NCBI GenBank assembly: GCA_959028445.1
Contig: CAUFRY010000001.1
Span: forward strand, 45,940 to 109,939
DNA length: 64,000 nt
Direction of reading: 5' to 3'
DNA from: an uncultured Collinsella sp.
GTDB lineage: Bacteria; Actinomycetota; Coriobacteriia; Coriobacteriales; Coriobacteriaceae
Below the pieces are notes generated by a model. That model saw only the letters and a program-made list of their open reading frames with translations. It searched no databases and was not told the origin of the DNA. Of the stretch, positions 61,311 through 64,000 are shown piece after piece. How positions within the stretch are numbered: the stretch's first letter is position 1; every line of letters begins with the position of its first letter. Position numbers and translations under genes: made by a program.

Positions 61311-62729
61311 TTAAGCGTCTTTCTTGGCAGTCAGATACTCAATGAACTCGGGACCGACGGTCGTAACGTCACCAGCACCCATAGTGAGCAGCAGGTCGCC
61401 CTCGCCCACCATCTGCTCGAGCTCCTGATTGAGCTCAAGACGGCTGGAGCAGTACACGACCTCCTTGCCAGGATGCTTGGCGCGCACGGTATCGGCGAGC
61501 ATCTTAGAGGTAACACCCGGAATGGGCATCTCGCCAGCCGAGAACACATCAATCAGCAGCAGTTTATCGGCATTGGCAAATGCATCGGCAAAGTCGTCGC
61601 ACAGGGCCTGCAGGCGCGAATAACGGTGCGGCTGGAACACGACGTCGACATGCTTGTAGCCCAGCGACGAAGCGGCAGCAAGCGTCGCCTTGATCTCGGT
61701 GGGGTGATGGCCGTAATCATCGACCACGGTGATGCCATCGATATCGCCCACGTGGGTAAAGCGACGGCGGACGCCCTCAAAGCTCGAGAGCGCCTTGGCG
61801 GCGGCGTCGATGTCAAGGCCCAGGACATGGGCGACGGTGAGCACCGCCGTGGCGTTGAGCATGTTGTGGCGACCGGGATTGCTCTTGATCTCCACGGCAT
61901 GCTCAGTGCCGTCCTCAAAGCGAACGATAAAGTCACTCTGGATGCCTTTGACATCCGGGTGCATGCAGACGATGTCGTTGCTCTCGGCAAAGCCGTAGGA
62001 AAGCACGTGACGGCCCGTCGACTTGGCGAGCTCGACCAGATGCGGGTCCTCACCGCAGACGATGACGGTGCCGTCCTCGCCCACCAGGCTCATGAATTTG
62101 GCGAAAGTCGCTTCGATCTCCTCGATACCCGAGTAGTGATCGAGGTGGTCGGCCTCGACGTTGGTCACAATGACCACGTTGGGGTTCAGGAACAGGAAGG
62201 AGCTGTCGGACTCGTCGGCCTCGGCGACAAAGTAGTCGCCCGAGCCGTTCTTGCCGTTCGTGTCATAGCCCTCGACGATGCCACCGATCAGGAAGCTCGG
62301 ATCCAGACCCATGCGGTCGAGCATGGTGGCGCACATCGAAGACGTGGTGGTCTTGCCGTGCGTGCCGGCAACAGCGACGGTAGTGTAGCCGTGGCCCAAG
62401 GCAGAGAGCATCTTGGCACGGGGCCACACGGGAATACCAAGCTCGCGAGCGCGCACGAGTTCAGGGTTGGACTCCGGAATAGCGGTGGAGACAACAACCA
62501 CGTCGGGCTTGACCTCGTCGATCGTGGCGGCCTCATGGCCCACATGTACCTTCACACCAGCGCGGGTAAGCTGGCGGATATAACGTGACGTCTTAAGGTC
62601 GGAGCCGGTAACGGCATAACCGCGCTCGTGCAGAACGAGGGCGATGCCGCTCATGCCGGCGCCGCCGATACCGATAAAGTGGGCGCTCTTAAACTCGGGC
62701 GCGGAGGTTGCAGTCTGGGAATCAGCCAT
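61311..62729 (-). CDS. murC: UDP-N-acetylmuramate--L-alanine ligase
   Basis: HFIGIGGAGMSG, GTHGKTTT, EADESD, DDYGHHPTE and FQPHRYSR motifs. Confidence 0.97.
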   Translation of the reverse strand: MADSQTATSAPEFKSAHFIGIGGAGMSGIALVLHERGYAVTGSDLKTSRYIRQLTRAGVKVHVGHEAATIDEVKPDVVVVSTAIPESNPELVRARELGIPVWPRAKMLSALGHGYTTVAVAGTHGKTTTSSMCATMLDRMGLDPSFLIGGIVEGYDTNGKNGSGDYFVAEADESDSSFLFLNPNVVIVTNVEADHLDHYSGIEEIEATFAKFMSLVGEDGTVIVCGEDPHLVELAKSTGRHVLSYGFAESNDIVCMHPDVKGIQSDFIVRFEDGTEHAVEIKSNPGRHNMLNATAVLTVAHVLGLDIDAAAKALSSFEGVRRRFTHVGDIDGITVVDDYGHHPTEIKATLAAASSLGYKHVDVVFQPHRYSRLQALCDDFADAFANADKLLLIDVFSAGEMPIPGVTSKMLADTVRAKHPGKEVVYCSSRLELNQELEQMVGEGDLLLTMGAGDVTTVGPEFIEYLTAKKDA

Positions 62730-62826
62730 GTGCTCGTGTACTCCTTGCGTAAACACTGCCTGTAACCCGTTAACTGTACCGCACCTACCGCATCAGCGCG
62801 AGGGCGACCGACGATATCCCGTCTAA

Positions 62827-63942
62827 CTAACGCAAACCCTCTACCGCATCCGCCAGAAGAGCGGCGGCCCTATCCTGAGCCAGACCACGCGCCGCCTGAC
62901 GCATGGCGTCGCGCGCCGCCGCGTCATCGACCAGGTGCAGCAGTTCATCGGCAAAGGCAGAACCGTCGATATCGGCATCGGCGCAGAGCACGCCGGCCCC
63001 AGCGTCGACCAGATAACGGGCATTGGTGGTTTGGTGGTCGGCCGTCGCATGCGGGTACGGCACGAGCACCGAAGGCACGGCGAGTGCAGCGATCTCGGCC
63101 ACGCTCGATGCGCCCGAACGCGAGAGCACCAAATCGGCAGCAGCCAGCATATCGCCCATGTTGTCGATGTAAGGCTGGACGCGGTAACGCTTCGCCTCCT
63201 CGGGCGTCAGCGCCAAAGCGCGCTCGGTCTCCTCAAAGCCGTCGGCACCCGTCGAATGCAACACATAGAGGTTCTTGCGCGAAAGCAGCTCGTTTTTGAG
63301 CGAAGCCACACGCTCGTTGAGGTGCTGGGCGCCAAGTGAACCGCCAAAGACGAGCAGCAGCGTAGCGTCCTCGGGAACGCCAAGTGCCTTGCGGCCGCGA
63401 GCGCGATCGCCCTCGATCACCGAGCGACGTACGGGGTTGCCGGTCATGAGCACGTGGTCAGGGTCACCTTCGCGCTCAAAGACCGAACGCGCTGCCGGCA
63501 CCGAGATGCACACGCGGGCGGCGTGGGAGTTCATCATCTTGTTGGCCAGGCCCGGAACAGAGTTCTGCTCATGCAGCAGATACGGAACGCCCGCGCCCTT
63601 GCACCACCCCAGCAGCGGAACCTCGACATAGGCACCAAAACCAATGGCGGCATCGGGCTTGCCGACCTTTGAGAAATGACTGGCGAGCGCACGCTTGGCT
63701 TTGTTGACACGCCACAGCGAGGTCAGCGCCGTCCAAGGACGGGAGCGGTCGAAGCCCGTGACCGTAATGGGCACAAAATCAAACCCAGCCTCGGGGACCA
63801 GACGACCCTCGAGCTTGCGCGACTGGCCCACGAACACAACGTGGTGGCCACGGTCACGCAGCTCTTCGGCCAAGGCGAGCGCGGGGTTGATGTGCCCGGC
63901 CGTGCCGCCGGCTGCAATAGCAACGGTCATTTTATCGGTCAT
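62827..63942 (-). CDS. murG: Lipid II GlcNAc transferase
   Basis: GGTAGHINP, HEQN, TGNPVR, GGSLGA, RSGASS and HQTTNA motifs. Confidence 0.96.
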   Translation of the reverse strand: MTDKMTVAIAAGGTAGHINPALALAEELRDRGHHVVFVGQSRKLEGRLVPEAGFDFVPITVTGFDRSRPWTALTSLWRVNKAKRALASHFSKVGKPDAAIGFGAYVEVPLLGWCKGAGVPYLLHEQNSVPGLANKMMNSHAARVCISVPAARSVFEREGDPDHVLMTGNPVRRSVIEGDRARGRKALGVPEDATLLLVFGGSLGAQHLNERVASLKNELLSRKNLYVLHSTGADGFEETERALALTPEEAKRYRVQPYIDNMGDMLAAADLVLSRSGASSVAEIAALAVPSVLVPYPHATADHQTTNARYLVDAGAGVLCADADIDGSAFADELLHLVDDAAARDAMRQAARGLAQDRAAALLADAVEGLR

Positions 63943-64000
63943 GGTAGTCCCTTCGTACACGCGGTCCCTGGTCGTCGGTACGCAGACGCGCCGACGGGTC

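Noticed and set aside
63932..64000. 3' end of an upstream gene, probably ftsW
   Set aside because: Only 22 codons of unconserved tail are visible, and identity rests on synteny alone.

Overview
High-GC chromosomal segment of an anaerobic actinobacterium. Gene content and style suggest Coriobacteriia, Collinsella-like (inference). From left to right: an AbiEi/nuclease-like gene bracketed by palindromic repeats, tRNA-Gly and tRNA-Pro, brnQ, a selenium cluster (cysteine desulfurase-like, DUF3343, YedF, selenocysteine-containing SelD) behind two double-cubane/2-hydroxyacyl-CoA-dehydratase-like genes and their activase, modABC/mog/moeA, a fluoride-type CLC, housekeeping genes (arfB-like, xpt, metY, yigZ, rnpB, rpsA, rpiB, ndk, argGH, polA, yaaA), TPP riboswitch-thiC-thiD, a PiT transporter, and the dcw cluster (murG-murC-murB-ftsQ-ftsZ-pgeF...yggS-sepF-yggT-divIVA) with pstSCAB-phoU inserted in it. 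Top observations: (1) an unannotated 36-codon leader ORF with an in-frame UGA and an RBS-sequestering stem in front of the double-cubane/selD operon, a candidate selenocysteine-sensing attenuator; (2) several families of covarying hairpin repeats, one bracketing a putative nuclease gene; (3) strand-specific C-to-T-like codon tracts beside the long hairpins. All calls were made by eye with no database searches. Several start codons were refined from RBS position.
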